Assembly (NCBI GenBank): GCA_010909165.1
Contig: MU008206.1
Coordinates: 248,001-312,000 of the forward strand
Direction of reading: 5' to 3'
Length of the DNA stretch: 64,000 bases
Source of the DNA: Anthoceros angustus
Taxonomy: Eukaryota > Plantae > Anthocerotophyta
The notes under the pieces are model-generated. The model was not told the origin of the DNA, did no database searches, and saw only the letters and a list, made by a program, of their open reading frames with translations. A program made the position numbers and the translations under genes. Each line of letters begins with the position of its first letter. The first letter of the stretch is position 1. Shown here piece after piece: positions 62,202-64,000 of this stretch.

Positions 62202-63112
62202 GAGCTGAGGTTCTGTCTAGAAATTCAGCTTATTCGGGATAGATCTGAAGAACTGCTAGTTATACAACAATATCAATACATCCACGACCTTCTGCTAAAG
62301 TTTAAACTCGACAAGGCTCGCCCTGCAACTACACCCTCCACAATAGGAGTTAAATTGACGAGCCTATTGAGTCCACAAACTGAGGAAGAGAAAAAGGAAA
62401 TGGAAACTGTACCTTACAGGCATGCTGTTGGAAGCCTCCTGTTTATCGCCAATTGGACACGTCAAGATATCCAGTATTCAGTTAGCACACTTTCTTAGTT
62501 TCTTGAAAACCCTGGACGTGCCCATTGGGTGGCAACTAAAAGAGTCTTCAGATACCTAAAAGGCACAGCTCATCTTAGACTGTTCTACACGAGTTCAAGA
62601 CAACGAAAGCTTATGTTAGAAGGGTATACTTATGCAGATTGGGCATCAGACGGTGACTTTAGGCGAAGCATTTCCATTATTGCTTCATTTTGGCATCTGC
62701 GGTTGTAAACTAGAGCTGTAAAAAGCAGATGTCAATAGCCTTATCTTCCACAGAGGTTGAATACAAAAGTCTTACTAATGCATCCAAGGAGGCGGAATGA
62801 GAACTCACTTTTTTGTCTGATCTCGGGCAGCCTCAACTGGAATCTACTCCGCTGCTCTGGGACAACATGTCAGCGTTAGCACTTGTATCAAATCCGCGTT
62901 TCCATGCCAGGACAAAACACATTAAAATACAGCATCATTACATATGAGACATAGTGGAGCGGAAAGTTGTCAAGATGAAATATGTTGGAACAGATGAGAA
63001 CACAGCCGATATTCTAACTAAGGCCTTGCCAAAGCATCGCCACTATTTGCACATGGAAGGAGTAGGACTGGGGGATTTCTCACCATATGCCATAGACAAC
63101 AAACAGGCTTAG
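62202..63112 (+). pseudogene. Copia C RT C-terminus and RNase H
   Basis: VPYRHAVGSL..WTRQDI, HWVATKRVFRYLKGT, GYTYADW, IALSSTEVEY, RFHARTKHIKIQHH, NTADILTKAL. Confidence 0.93.
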
Positions 63113-63862
63113 GACTTATCTGGGGGGGCGGGGGGCAGGGGAGTGAAAGCGATTGCTTTCAATTATTGATGTGATAGGCCATGCCCCTCCTCTGGACAGT
63201 AACCTGCAAGTTTTGAAATAGGCCTGGAAGTCTGAAAGTAACAAGGACAGATACCATCAAGCAGATGAAGCTCAACGCTTACTTAATCGTTTGATGCTTA
63301 TGTGTCTCCTCTTAGTCTCGGTTTCTCCAAGAGTGGACTGACCCGGAGGTTTGAGGAGAGTAGTTTCAGTTCCCACTTCCCTCTCAACCTCTAGCTCCAG
63401 ATTTGCGTCTGAATCCTCCATCCTATCATGAGGGCTGCTCCAGCAAAGGTTGATGTTTAGACCAATTCTATAGCCCCTCAGGCACACATAGGCGCCCATG
63501 CGGTGTCGCTCCTCCCAATCTTCCGGACGAGGAGAGCACTTCCTAATTCTAGGCCTGGATTGCCTCACCGTCTGCTTTACAGAGCTGGATTGTCTGGGCA
63601 CGTCACCCACAGCCCCATATGAGAGTCCGCTTCTTGTCTTCATCGCGAGAATCGACAAATTCAGAATGATGAAGAACCCGAGCTGAGCGTAGGCCACATA
63701 TGCAGGGAGGAGCTCCATGGCATGTACGGAGATGGCGGCAGTTGGGCGTGATCGAGGCGAAGAGTGGGCGTAAAGGCTTACGTTGTGGCGGAGTTCATGA
63801 GGGCGGTACCATCAACGCTTTGACCACGTAATCATAACCAAGTGATTGCAGTTAAGAGGGAG

Positions 63863-64000
63863 TGTTACGAATAATGATGGTTATTCGATATGTATAGTCT
63901 ACATGCAATTAAGTTATAGTGATAGTATGGAAAGGCATAACAAAACGTTGTGGTTTAGTAGTATATAAACAATTTTTGTAATGGTCATATTTTACTTTAT
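63863..64000 (+). repeat. Probable start of the copia C 3' LTR (runs off the window)
   Basis: TG start right after a purine tract, and AT-rich with TATATAA. There is no partner LTR in the window to confirm it. Confidence 0.6.

Larger units (their letters stand above)
45640..64000 (+). mobile_element. Ty1/copia element C, 5'-truncated, related to copia A
   Basis: It begins near the gag knuckle CNWCGIHGHWAREC, and no 5' LTR or PBS was seen. pol is split by the 48239-62197 insertion. A PPT-like AAGAGGGAG at 63854-63862 is followed by TGTTAC at 63863. Confidence 0.88.

Overview
Eukaryotic, plant-type heterochromatin-like window made almost entirely of nested transposable elements. I found no intact host gene, RNA gene or CRISPR array. 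Target-site duplications (TSDs) and restored reading frames give this nesting. (1) A CACTA/EnSpm element (1 to about 44047, +) has its transposase split into three pieces. The first break is a 12.1-kb CCCTA-terminated element (439-12538, TAA TSD), which itself holds a 4.66-kb solo-LTR-like unit (630-5285). The second break is copia A (13095-39268, -). Copia A's RT is interrupted by a Sola2-like DNA transposon (15188-34572, 4-bp TSD), which holds copia B (16041-23758). (2) A CRE-type non-LTR RT fragment lies at about 44.2-44.9 kb. (3) A 5'-truncated copia C (about 45.6 kb to window end, +) has its RT interrupted by a second, diverged Sola2-like element (48239-62197). That element holds a second giant solo LTR (52941-57312) and an LTR+PBS fragment with a 50-copy heptamer array. 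The best candidate for an undescribed system is the pair of two-gene Sola2-like transposons. Each carries a convergent accessory gene (coiled coil, RING-H2, and a C-terminal domain that also ends the transposase). Also notable are the giant solo LTRs with a long conserved ORF inside. Many frameshifts look like consensus errors. Family names come from motif recognition by eye, not from database searches.
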